In this document: positions 47,891 to 58,826 of the stretch, one piece after another
Layout of the letters: the number at the start of each line of letters is the position of its first letter
Numbering within the stretch: position 1 is the first letter of the stretch
Origin: Vitrella brassicaformis CCMP3155
Lineage: Eukaryota; Protista; Chromerida
NCBI GenBank assembly: GCA_001179505.1
Contig: CDMY01000770.1
Location: forward strand, 62,001 to 126,000
DNA: 64,000 nt
Direction of reading: 5' to 3'
The notes under the pieces: generated by a model
The model's input: the letters and a program-made list of their open reading frames with translations, nothing else
Database searches by the model: none
Told to the model about the DNA's origin: nothing
Position numbers and translations under genes: made by a program

Positions 47891-48431
47891 TCAGTGCCTT
47901 GTGTGGCACGTGCCGCTCTCACGCAAGCACCCCGCCTCCCCACCGATGTGTGAATCCGTACCGCCTGAACTCCTTCTGTGCGGCCTCCCACGTGGCGTAT
48001 TTGATCCACGAGCCGATGTGGTGCCGCTGACGACGCAGCGTGTCCTCAAACTCCTTGCGCTTCCGAATCCTGAGACCACACACCACCACACCACACCAAA
48101 CCGCACCGCACCATACAAACAAGTGGCGCCTCACGCGACATGAGTCAGTCGTGTGTGCGTTGCGTGTCCTGACGCACCTGTATTCCGCCAGCTCGTCATC
48201 GTCGACGATTCGTTGTCTGGGTCTGCGCGCCTCCTCGCCCTGCCTGTCGACGGCCTCGCGCAGGAGCTGCTCGGCGGTGATCTGGATGGGAGCCGGAGTC
48301 TTGTTCTTGACCTGAATCAACCACACACAAGACGGACACAACGAGCACGATGGAGTGAGTCGGTTGGTGTCTTGCTCGTGGCTGGTTTGGTCTGCTTGGT
48401 TACTCAGACTCACCGCTGCCTGCTTGCCCAT
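44682..48431 (-). CDS. CRNKL1: Crooked neck / CLF1 HAT-repeat splicing factor
   Basis: [26 protein letters not shown]...[12 protein letters not shown]...[73 protein letters not shown] and [12 protein letters not shown]. Confidence 0.95.
47841..47890. repeat. Compound (CA)15(GA)10 microsatellite, representative of many intronic CA/GT/GA/CAGA/GATG tracts
   Basis: Directly visible. Similar tracts occur at about 3205, 10585, 23970, 34570, 43060 (CACACC) and 53744. Confidence 0.95.
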
Positions 48432-48762
48432 GGAGGTCCTGGGACCTGTCGGTGGGCCAAACAAACACAGCACACACACACATTCAGCATCAATGATCAG
48501 ATCTGGTGCAGTATGACATGGTCCTCCATCTGCCTCTCCCTGCCTCTCTGTCTGTGTGCGTGTGTGTATGAGTGTACCTCTGCGTCCCCTTCCCTCGTCC
48601 TCATCCATCGTGCCGCTGCTCAACCAATATCTATCAGCGGTCTGTCGGGATCTGACACGCACGAAGGGATGCCCACGATGTCAAAGGATTTAGGGCGCTT
48701 TTGCGTTTGACAGTCACTTTCGTCGATTCGCCCGTAAGAGGCCTTTCAGCCAGTGTGTGAGC

Positions 48763-50008
48763 ATGTCTGACGACGATTCTCCCCGCCAGTCCAAGTCCAA
48801 GAGCAAACCTCGCGAACAGACTGACAAATCAGGACGAAAGGTGCGACAGACACGACAGACAGAGACCGGCCTGACTGCCTGCGTGTGCGTGTGTGTATCT
48901 GTGCGTCTGTGTGTGTGTGTGTGACAGGTATGGGACAAGGAGTATTATGCGAAGCGTGCCAAGGAGCGTGCCGAGGATGAGGAGATTCTCGCCCTGGTGC
49001 CCGAGAGCAAAAAGAAGAAGGTCGCGCCGCCGCCGCAGGAGAGGCAGCCGCTCAAGGAACGACACGACTTCATCGATCTTGAGGAACGGTCAGTCAGGAT
49101 CCACACACAACACACACAGCACAGCATCTGTTGGTTCCCCCCCTCTCCCTATCTGTCAGTGTGGGCAAGACGCAGGTGGTCACGCAGTTCACGCCCAAGC
49201 AGCAGCAGGGCGGCTACTGGTGCTCAGTGTGTGAGTGCCTCATCAAGGACAGCCAAGGTCAGTCAACCGCTCACCCACCCACTCGCCCACCCGCACGCTC
49301 ACACACACACACACAGACACACACACACAGACGGGCCCCTCTCACCTCCCCTGTGTGTGTGTGTGTGTCCCTCTTCTCTGTGTGTGTGAATCGGTTGTCC
49401 AGCATACCTCGACCACGTCAACGGCAAGCGCCACAACCGCATGCTGGGCATGACCATGAGAGTCGAACGTGTAGACGTCAACAGGGTACCCGACCACTCC
49501 ACCACTCCACCACCCCACAAGACAGGCAGAGACGAGACGAGACCTCACACACACACACGCATTCATGTGTCTCCCTTGTCTGGTCTGTCTGCAGGTGAAG
49601 GATCGTCTGGCGTCGCTCAAGAGGTCCGGCGAGGCGGACACCTCGGCGGCTCCCGTGCAGGTGGACGACATCCAGCAGCGGCTCAGGCAGCTGCAGGAGC
49701 AGGAGGAGGAGAAGAAGCGACGCAAGAGGGAGAGGAGAAGCAAGAAGCACAAGACCGAGGCCGCTGATGACATCGGCGACGGCGTCAAGGAGGAGCCAAG
49801 AGCCATCAAGGACGAGCCTCAGGAGGCTGCTGCGGGGGTAGAGAGGGAGGGGCAGGGGGGGGTGCGGGTCAAGACAGAGCCGGAGGAAGACGAAAAGGGC
49901 GGGAGTGCTGCTGGTGCTGCTGCTGACGGTGGTGGTGGTGGTGGTGACGCAGAGGAAGATCTGATGAAGCTGATGGGGCTGCCTGTAGGGTTTACGGCCG
50001 GCGTGTGA
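48763..50008 (+). CDS. ZMAT2: ZMAT2/Snu23 matrin-type zinc-finger spliceosomal protein
   Basis: GRK-VWDKEYYAKRAKER...VGKTQVV...GGYWCSVCECLIKDSQ-AYLDHVNGKRHNRMLGMTMRVER...VKDRL, and a C-terminal DLMKLMGLPVGF. Confidence 0.93.
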
Positions 50009-50340
50009 CTTACGGCCTGGCTGCATGTGTGTGTGAGACCAACATGACGTTCAGCATCATGTCGATTCATGCCCTCTTTGCTTTTCTTGTCAATAGCATG
50101 TTTCCGGCCGATGCCGATCGTTCGCACGAACACTCACTCACTCACTGATTCATTCCCGTGATTGATGTGTCCGCTCTCCTCAGTCAGTCAGTCCATTTGC
50201 CCATCACGATGGATGCCCACGATCGCTCGCACCATCACACTCCCCCCCCAGCCCCTCTCTCTCGGCACATTCATCCATCCATCCATTCATCCATCTGGGT
50301 GATTCTTGGCACTTGTCTGTTGGCCTGGTCGTCGTGTCGT

Positions 50341-52672
50341 TCATTTCGTCACGAGTGACGTCAGCTCGATGCACAGACCCACAAACAGCGCCAGGGCGCC
50401 CAGACTCGCTACCGTAGACACTGCCACACACACACACACACACGCACCCAAACACAGCACAGAGAGAGAGACAGACAGAGAGAGAGCTACATGCCATGCA
50501 CACAAATGAACAAGTGTGTGTGTGTGCACAGACCCACCGAGTTTGCGGACATCGAATCGCCACTTGGCTGCGGCGTGCGATGCGTCAGCAGCATGGTTGC
50601 AGTGTGAGCCCTGGGGGCAGCACGGGTCGGTGCGGGCTCGCTTCAAAGCGAAGTCCCCCGACCCCCCCGCCTGCTCGATGCTCGGCGCCCGTGTCGAATA
50701 CGTGCTGTCGCCGCCACCTGCACAGCCACACAAGACACACACACACGTCTTCATATAGACCTTTCCTCTCTCTCTTCTCTCTCTGCAGACCGTGTCGGTA
50801 GAGAGGCCCCTTGCCGCCCCCGCCCGCACCCAGTGCCGCCCCCCTCTGCATGACGACACCGCCAGTGCCATGGCCATGGCCATTGCCACTGCCAGTGGCC
50901 ACGGCATACGAGCCGATGCCTCCGCTGACGGTGCTGGGGCTGCTGTAGGACGTCAGGGTGTTAGTGGTGGACTCGCCGATGGACCTGGCGCGGCGGTCGG
51001 GGAGGTGGTTGAGGTGGGCCAACGACCCACAGGGACGGTCCACACACAGGGGGCGGCTGGAACTGGTAGTGCCGCTGGCCATGCTGCCCGGACCTGGTGC
51101 GCTCTGATGGGCCAGAAGGAGACAGAGAGAGGGAAAGAGAGGGAGACATTTGTTTACGTGTGTGTCTGTCTGTCTGTCTCTTTTGTGCACATGCCCAAAG
51201 GCACAGGATCACCTACCTGTTGCTGCGTGATGAGTTTGTTGAGGGCCATCCGCAGCGATTCTTCCGCCTCGTGCTTGGACGCCGCGGCCGCCCCACTACC
51301 AACCACACCCACGCCCACGCCCCCTCCCCCTCCCAAGCCCCCCACACCCACACCAGCACCAGCTCCCACACCAAAAGCCCCCGGGCTGCTATTGCCAGTC
51401 AGCAGCGGCATCGAGGTGCTGTTCCTGGCCGTGGGTGCCTGGTCGCCGCGCCCGCTGGTCTCTGGGAAGGCGTCTTCCTCCTCGTCTGGCTCTTCAGTGT
51501 GTGTGGGTGTGGCCGAGTTGCGCACCTCCATGTGCAGACGGCGCAGGGCACCCAGACGGCCTGTCGGGCTCGCATCGGAGGACGGGCTGAATTGATCAAA
51601 CAAAGGACAAACATGGAGCGTCTCTGTCTCTGTCTGTCTGTGGGAGCGGCTGTGGGGTTGCCTGCCTGGTGATGTTGGTGTCGAGTGTGGGTGTGTTGTT
51701 CGGGGCGGTGTTGGCTTTGACATCTCGAAGGGAAGCCATCGAGGCCTCGCTCAACCGAGGCAAACTGAGCAATGAATATTGCCATCCATCCATCCATCCA
51801 TCCAACCAAACACAGCCAGGTTTCTCTCCTCTGCCTGCTGTGCTTGTTGGTCGTTGGTGTGGTGTGTCCTGACCGTTTTTCGGCGACTGAGAGTGCGACG
51901 GCAGCGAAGTCTTTGGGCCTGATGCGGCCCTGGCTGCCACTCGCACCACACAAACCCTCAACCGTCGATTGGACTGACACAATGAAGCGCACACACAGAA
52001 GAAGGGATCCGGTTCGTGTCAGAAGGAGCAACCTTGCCGTTGGCTGGCTGACCTTCGATGAAGAAGCCGCGGATCTGCGTGTCGACAGGGTGCCTGCAAC
52101 AGACACACACACGAAGCGGAGATATTCAGTGTGTGTGCGAGTGAGGCGTGCTGCCCACTCACAGCAGCGTCTGTGCGCCGAGGAGGATCTCGGCACCCTG
52201 GTAGGGCTTCAATGTCACCACCTGCAGCACATCCTCCACATGGACCCATTGATGTCTGTCTCCCTTGTGTGTGCTGCGTGCACTGACCGGATAGGAGCCC
52301 TGGACTTTGTGTGTGGCGAGCAGCCTGCGGACGCGGCTGCGGAGGGTGGCCGTGCTGCACACGTGCAGCTGGGCGAAACGGCCTGAAGGACACGCATGAC
52401 CGGAGTGGTCCGGTCATTTCTCCACCATTTGCTGTCCACCGCGCACCGGTGTGCTGTTTGATGAGTTTCTTGAGGTTGGCCACACACGCCGTGTCGTTCT
52501 CGGGCGTGTACTGCAGGTTCTTGGGACACTCCACGTACACACAAAACACACCTGCATCCATATCCAGCCAGCCATCCAGCAGAAGGGTCAGTCAGTTAGC
52601 CATTCAGTCAGCCCACCATGTCTGTCTCTCTGTCTGTCTCTCACCTTCTTCGGTACGGTCGTTGGAGTTCAT
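50341..52672 (-). CDS. Hypothetical protein: globular N-terminus, low-complexity middle, C-terminal TM
   Basis: MNSNDRTEE-GVFCVYVECPKNLQY...GRFAQLHVCSTATLRSRVRRLL...VVTLKPYQGAEILLGAQTLL-HPVDTQIRGFFIEG...WFVWCEWQPG, ending ASLGALALFVGLCIELTSLVTK*. One GC-AG intron is needed. Confidence 0.65.
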
Positions 52673-53365
52673 TATTCTGTTGCGGACGACACAGTGAGCA
52701 CGAGGGCGGACAGACCAGATCAGCGATGAACGACGGACGGAACCAGCTGGCGACCCCAACAAGGGTATAAGAGATGCTCAGAGAGGTCAAAGGGGATGGG
52801 GGCCGCGACGGGGCTTCAGACGATAAGAGAGACGGACGGCCGGGGGAGGGGCGGGATCTCCAAGGCAGCTCTGCTTCAGTGCTTCCTTCCCCCAGGCCCT
52901 TTGCAATGCTCACGCAAATGAGTGGATCCGATGCGAGGCGCCGTCAGCAATTGGCCGTCAGCCGGTGGTGCAAAAACAGAGGGCGCCTGTCACCTCGGCG
53001 CGTCCCCCTGCAATGGCGGAAGGGCTGACGACAGGCTAGCTGACGGGATGAACGATGAGGGCCGCTGCTCCGCTGACAAAGGAGAAAGCCAGAAGGGCCT
53101 CGGAAGAAGATGCTCAAGAAACAAAGCGGCCGATGCAACACGACGCAAGGGATGGAAATACGATAGGCAAAGCCCTCAGTAGCCTATCCAAAGCCCTCTT
53201 TGCTCGAGAAAGACATGCGAGCTTTCGCGCGCCGAGCTTGCAGATTTTTTGAGTGTTGCTGAGTGGTGTGCGGATTGTGTGACGGCTGTCGATGCGAGAG
53301 GCGTGCGGCCCCCCTAGTTCGCTTGAATCAGAGAGGTCGGCCACCGACCTCGGCAAGACAGAGCC

Positions 53366-53738
53366 ATGCGGGGCCTCTTTCGATTGTCAAGGACGCTCTT
53401 CGACCACTACCGGGTGCTCGGTGAGCAGACGGAGCCATCTTGATGCACACAACGGACGGCGAGAGAAGCAGCCAGCCATGCGAGTTGTCTGACTTGTGTG
53501 TGCTGTGCCGTGGTGTGGCCTGGCTGGTGTGGTGTGTGTGTGTGTGTGATGTGGTGCAGGCGTTGCTCGCGACGCGAACAAGGCCAAGATCCGGTCAGCG
53601 TATCTCGAGAAGGCCAAGATATACCATCCCGACGTCAACAAAAGCAGAGAGGCCGAAGCCATCTTCAAACAGGTAGACCTTTGTGTCTGTCTGTGTGTCT
53701 GTGTGTATCCATCGGTGCCTTGTGCTGAATGCTCTGTG

Positions 53739-53770
<32 letters not shown>

Positions 53771-54686
53771 CAGGTGCAAGAGGCCTACAGTGTGCTGAGC
53801 GATGACACGATGAGGAAAGACTACGACGTTTCTTCCGGTCAGCAATTCCTCCAAGACCGACAGACGAACTCGACTCTTCATGGTGTGTGTGTGTCCTGCA
53901 GGTTTGCGGACAGAGGACGGGTTTCGTGGCACCGGTCCGGGGCCGACGTCGAGCGCTTTTGCCGAGGCATATCAGAGGCAGTATGAGCGGATGAGGCGGG
54001 AGAGGCAGGCAGAGAATGAAAACTTCTGGGTACGCCGCCCACACACACACCCTCTCACCACACACAGCAGGATTAGTGGATGGTGTGTATGTGTATGTGT
54101 GTCAGAATCGTCAGCGTCAGCGAATGGAGGAGAAGTACGGCGGCTCGTACCGGCGGCCGTACGACCCCTACTGGATGTTCAACCCTGACCTCGCCAGCAG
54201 GGTCGTCCGCATGATACCGCTCATACTCATTCCGCTGCTCGTCCTATCCTGGTTCGCAAGAAGTGGGTAAGTATGTAGGCCCCGGTCGACGGATGACGGA
54301 CGGATGCACCACCACACACACATACAGAGAGCCTCTGAGAGGGGGCAGGAGAATGACTGGATGTGTGTGTGTTGCCTATGCTTGTGTGTGGATTGGTCAG
54401 TAATCGTCATCGCTTGTCGGATTTGAGGATGGAGTATGACCAATTAGGTGGGCGCCAAACTGACACACACGCACACAGGCGGACAGGTCAGGTGCCTCAC
54501 AGATGTGTGTGCGTATCGCTGATATATATGATTAGGTCGCGCTTGGTTGGTCGACAGCTTCGGGAGGGCTCACAGGGCGCCCAACTACGACATCAGAAAG
54601 TAAACGCGCGACAACATACTTACACACAGACCTGCAAAGGCACACACACAGCTTTCTGTGTGTGTGTGTGTGTGTCCAGGGCGTAG
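53366..54686 (+). CDS. DnaJ-domain membrane protein, probably mitochondrial
   Basis: [46 protein letters not shown]...FKQ-VQEAYSVLSDDTMRKDYD is a J-domain with the HPD motif. A TM segment (RMIPLILIPLLVLSWF) follows and the protein ends RAPNYDIRKA*. Confidence 0.85.
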
Positions 54687-55451
54687 CAAGCAGCGTGTGG
54701 CCGGCCACGGCTGTGCTGTTGTTTCCTTCATTGTGCGGCCATCGATCCCTCCATCCATCCATCCATGTGCTGCGCTGCGCTGCACGCCCCCCTGTAGATA
54801 GATCAGATCAGACCAGACGGATGCCTTGATGCGTTTGGGAGTGCAGACAGACAGACAGACAGACAGGCAGAGATGTGTTCATGTGTGTGCACAGTCGATT
54901 GAGCAGACAGACAGACAGAGGGAGCACCTGCATCATGTGTATGTGCTGCTGCTGAGAGAGAGAGAGCGAGGTGGTGCTCATCGACAATGGCTATCGGTGT
55001 TGGTGTGTCTGTCTGACGGGTGATTTTGAACGACCTCCTCCCCCTCACGGCTGTGTCGGTCTGTGGTCTCAGTGTCTGTCTGACTATTCTCTCTCTCTGT
55101 GGTGGTTTACAAGGCCTTCCTATATGCGCCATATGCATGCCCTGTCGAGCAATTTTGCGAAGGGCTGCACTGCATGCCATCCATGGTGGTGGATGAGTGG
55201 TGGCGGCGTCTGCCGGTGGACGGATGGCTGTGTGTGCGCGTGTTGGTGTGTGTTGCTGTGTGTGTATCATAGACACATCCAGCACGCGATTAACGGTTTC
55301 GCTGGTGGCGCCGAGTTTCGTCTGTGAACCCTGCTGAACCCTACACTTGACCTAACCCTACTAGCCATTCCATTTTCCCGCGTGATGGTTTTGACGGACA
55401 TCTAAGCGTGGCCGAGTCGGCACACCCGGCAGCTACTGCTCAATATTCGCT

Positions 55452-57608
55452 ATGCCGCGCGAGACCCATGGCGGGTGTCTGAACAGGCACAACTGGTATG
55501 TCCGCCGGGCCGTCATCATCCTCAAGTCCCCCGTCGTGGCCTTCTTCGTCTCCTACCGCTTCTGGATCATCGCGCTTGTCGTGCTGCGGCTCTTCTACGA
55601 GTGGCTCAAGAGGCGGGAGGAGGCGCGACAGTGGCGGGACCGCTCTATGATGAACACTCTCCAGGCCGCCATATACAGCACAGAGAACCTGCAGGACCTC
55701 CGCCGAGTCGAGAAGAGGTACCTACAGACCCACACCACAAACCACACCGACACAGACGACAGACGCATGCGCCTGTGTTTGGCCATGCATGGCATCAGGA
55801 CTCTGTTCGAGCGGGATCTGCGTGAGGTTTTTCGTAACGAGATAGAGGTGCAGGCCATCCTCACCGCCGCACGGCAGGCCGCACGCTCGACGGCCGACGA
55901 CACCGACGGACAGTTCAGCGCCAGCCACGACTGGGACCTTGGCGCCTTCCTGCTCATGGGCAGCGGCGCCGCCAGTCTACAAGACCCCTGGGACGACATA
56001 TGGCGCCTGCTGCCGGGGGGCGGGCAGCATGCAGCCAGGGGTGAGGGGCCGGTGGACGACCCTTGTGTGATGACTTACATCGCCCCTGCTGACCGGTGGC
56101 ACATCCTGAACCAGCTCCTGAACCAGCTGTCCAGCATCTTCGCGCCGCACCACGTTTACTTCAACGAGCGGGGCAGGAACACGCGAGTCCACTACAAAAG
56201 CGCGTGAGCCTTGGCGCATCAATGGCATGAGTGGCAACCAGACGACCAGTGTGTGTGTGTGTGTGTGTGTGGCAGTTGGTACGTGTTTTCGCTCTACTGC
56301 ACGCGAACCAGTGGGCGAGGCCGGTAGGCGCACACGCGGCTCGGCTGCATCCACACAGGCAGGACACACGAACAAGACCTTATTTATTGTGGCCCCGTCC
56401 CCCCCACCCCACAGGTACTTCATCACGCCCTTCATGCCACTGCCCGAGAAGCATGACGTCAGCAACCTCAAGATCAGGTGACCAACTGACCGAATGCACC
56501 GCACCCACCGGCCTGCAGACCAGACTGTGTCATGGATGTGTGTGTGCGTTGTGTTGTTGACTTCAGGATAGTGTTGGCGTCCGAGCAGACACTCCGGGAG
56601 ATCGGTATGGGATTGATAGCGCGGCCTGAGAAATTCTTCAGCGACCGGCACGAGGGCAGGTGGCGCATTCTCGTCAGACTCTCTCAGCTATACATGGTCA
56701 GTCAGTCAGCAGTCGGCTGGGCGAGGCGATGGGGACACACACAGAGACACACTTGTGCACTTTGCTGACGGCATGCGTCTGTTGTGTCCCCCCCCATCGA
56801 TCAGCGTCAGTTCCAGCGGAACCCCCAGGAGATGACCTTCTCCAGCCCCCACACCCACTTCCACCACCCCTCATCCCGCCTACACGCACCACCAGCTCCG
56901 GCACCCATACCCAAACACCCACACGCCACCAGCAGCCACGCTGCGTCGACCGAGCCGTCCGAGAGCAGCCCCGCGCTCGAGAGCGACAAGACAGTGAGCC
57001 CCTCCCCGGCCCCCATCTCCTTCGCGTCTCTTCCCCCACGCGCCACCAGCTCCGGCACCCCACGTGTGCCCAACGCCATGCACTCGGGGTCGATCTCGCT
57101 TGTGCGGCCGTCAAGGTCCACCCCGTCGCTTAAGGACTTGGTTGCCGGTACGGGCACGCCTGCATCGAGGGGGCCGGGCCCCGAGAGGGTGCCGCTTCCC
57201 CCTCCCCAATATAGGAGGCCTGCTGCTGGTGGAAGGGGTGGTGGCGCTGGCACGCTGCGGCTGCATTTGCCGCGGTGGATGATGCGGCGGTTCAGCTACC
57301 CGTCGTCGCGTGACATGAGGGTTGGGGGCGGGCTGAGGTGGCCGTCGCCGGAGCGGTATGAGCAGCTGAGCATCGAGGACAACTGCTGCAGCAGGCTGCA
57401 TGTGCCCGTACCCACCCTCAAGAGCACGGTAGGGACGTCAGTGACCTGACCCAGCGAGTGGATGGATCACTGCATGCGCCAAGGAAGAGATGCACTGCAC
57501 CCCACGCTGTTCGTTTGTATGAGTGTGTTGTCTGTTCAGGTGGATGAGGAAGAGCTGGCGGAGATCAAGGCTTCAGATGAGTATGTGGTTTATCGGTGTG
57601 GGGACTAG
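55452..57608 (+). CDS. Hypothetical membrane protein with an N-terminal TM segment
   Basis: MPRETHGG...VVAFFVSYRFWIIALVVLRLFYEWL...DRWHILNQLLNQLSSIFAPHHVYFNE, ...KIRIVLASEQTLREIG...GRWRILVRL, then a Pro/Ser-rich region. The exons join via GT-AG; the last exon is uncertain. Confidence 0.7.
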
Positions 57609-58826
57609 CCGAGGGCCGCTGGCTGGCTGGCTGTATGGCCGGCTGAGGGGTGCATAGGGCCGAACGGGGGCAGGTGGACGGAGGGGGAGGGAGCGAGGGT
57701 GGGGGAGGTTTTGCATGCGGACGTGGACGTATCGGCGCTTTTTCGTCTGTGCAGACCTTGCTTGCTGTCTTGGCAATTTAAGGAAAGGGCCATTTGGACA
57801 CACACACGCAAACCAATCAACCAGTCCATCTTCGTTTACACGACATCCGTGTTGATACATCACATCCATCCAGCCGTCCAACCATGTTTCCGCGTTAATT
57901 GGGCGTGCGATGGTCAATTGAGCTGGTCATGGCGTGGCATGTACCAGATCTCTCTCAAGCCGTCTCTGCCGTACTGGCACTTCCATGCAGAGGCGGCGAG
58001 AGACACACACGTACACACGCACTGTTCGGCAGCGCTCAGCTACAGATAGACGTCAGGGGGGGGTGCTGTGGTATAGAACTTAGACGAAGCGCAGCGCAAA
58101 GCGGTGGTGGTGACAACGCCCTGGCTGACATGTGGGCCCGCCCGCCTTGCTGTCTGTCTCCCTTCCTTGTTGGCTTGGTGCAGTGCCCGCCTGCCTATGG
58201 TGTATAAGTACCCATGTGTTCGCGATGGATGGAGTCTCTCTGCCCTTTCTGCCTGCCCTCCCGCCCGCTCACCTGTCCCCACAAGTACCTACCTAGTGCT
58301 CTGGCTGGCCTGGCAAGTGACTGACATCCACAGGGGAGGAAGGCCCACATCGAATCGACCTGTCTGTCTGTCTGTCTGTCTCGGCGGGCCGAGGGAGAGG
58401 GCACAATATATGGGAAAAAGACACGGACGGACGGACGGCACGAGAGACAGACAGTATTTAGTTTTCTCGCTCGTCGATGGGTCACGACACCGCACAAACT
58501 GATCAAGGGAGGGCGCCTAGTAGTAGTAGTGTCGCTGCAGCAGAGCCCCGGCCCTCCCTCCATCCGTTCAGGCAATGCACCCCCACGTGAGCAGCATAGC
58601 TATCTGGTCTGTCTGTCTGTCTGTCTGGCTCCCTCCTCCACCAACAACACTCCACCCAGGTGTGTGTGCACGCCACGCCCACAAAGGGTGCAGGCAGGCA
58701 CTCAGGCAGGCAGCTCTCACGCAGCGCATGCACTGCACGGTCGCCGCCACCAGCCCGTGAGATGAGATGAGACAGATAGAGAGGCCTCTCGGCCATCCAT
58801 GCTGCTGTCTGTCCCTCACACGCCAC

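Noticed and set aside
57610-58620. Scattered minus-strand exon-like pieces downstream of SMG1 (possible small gene or 3' UTR introns)
   Set aside because: I could not assemble a consistent open frame, and the splice-like sites may be chance matches in repeat-rich DNA. RNA-seq would be needed.
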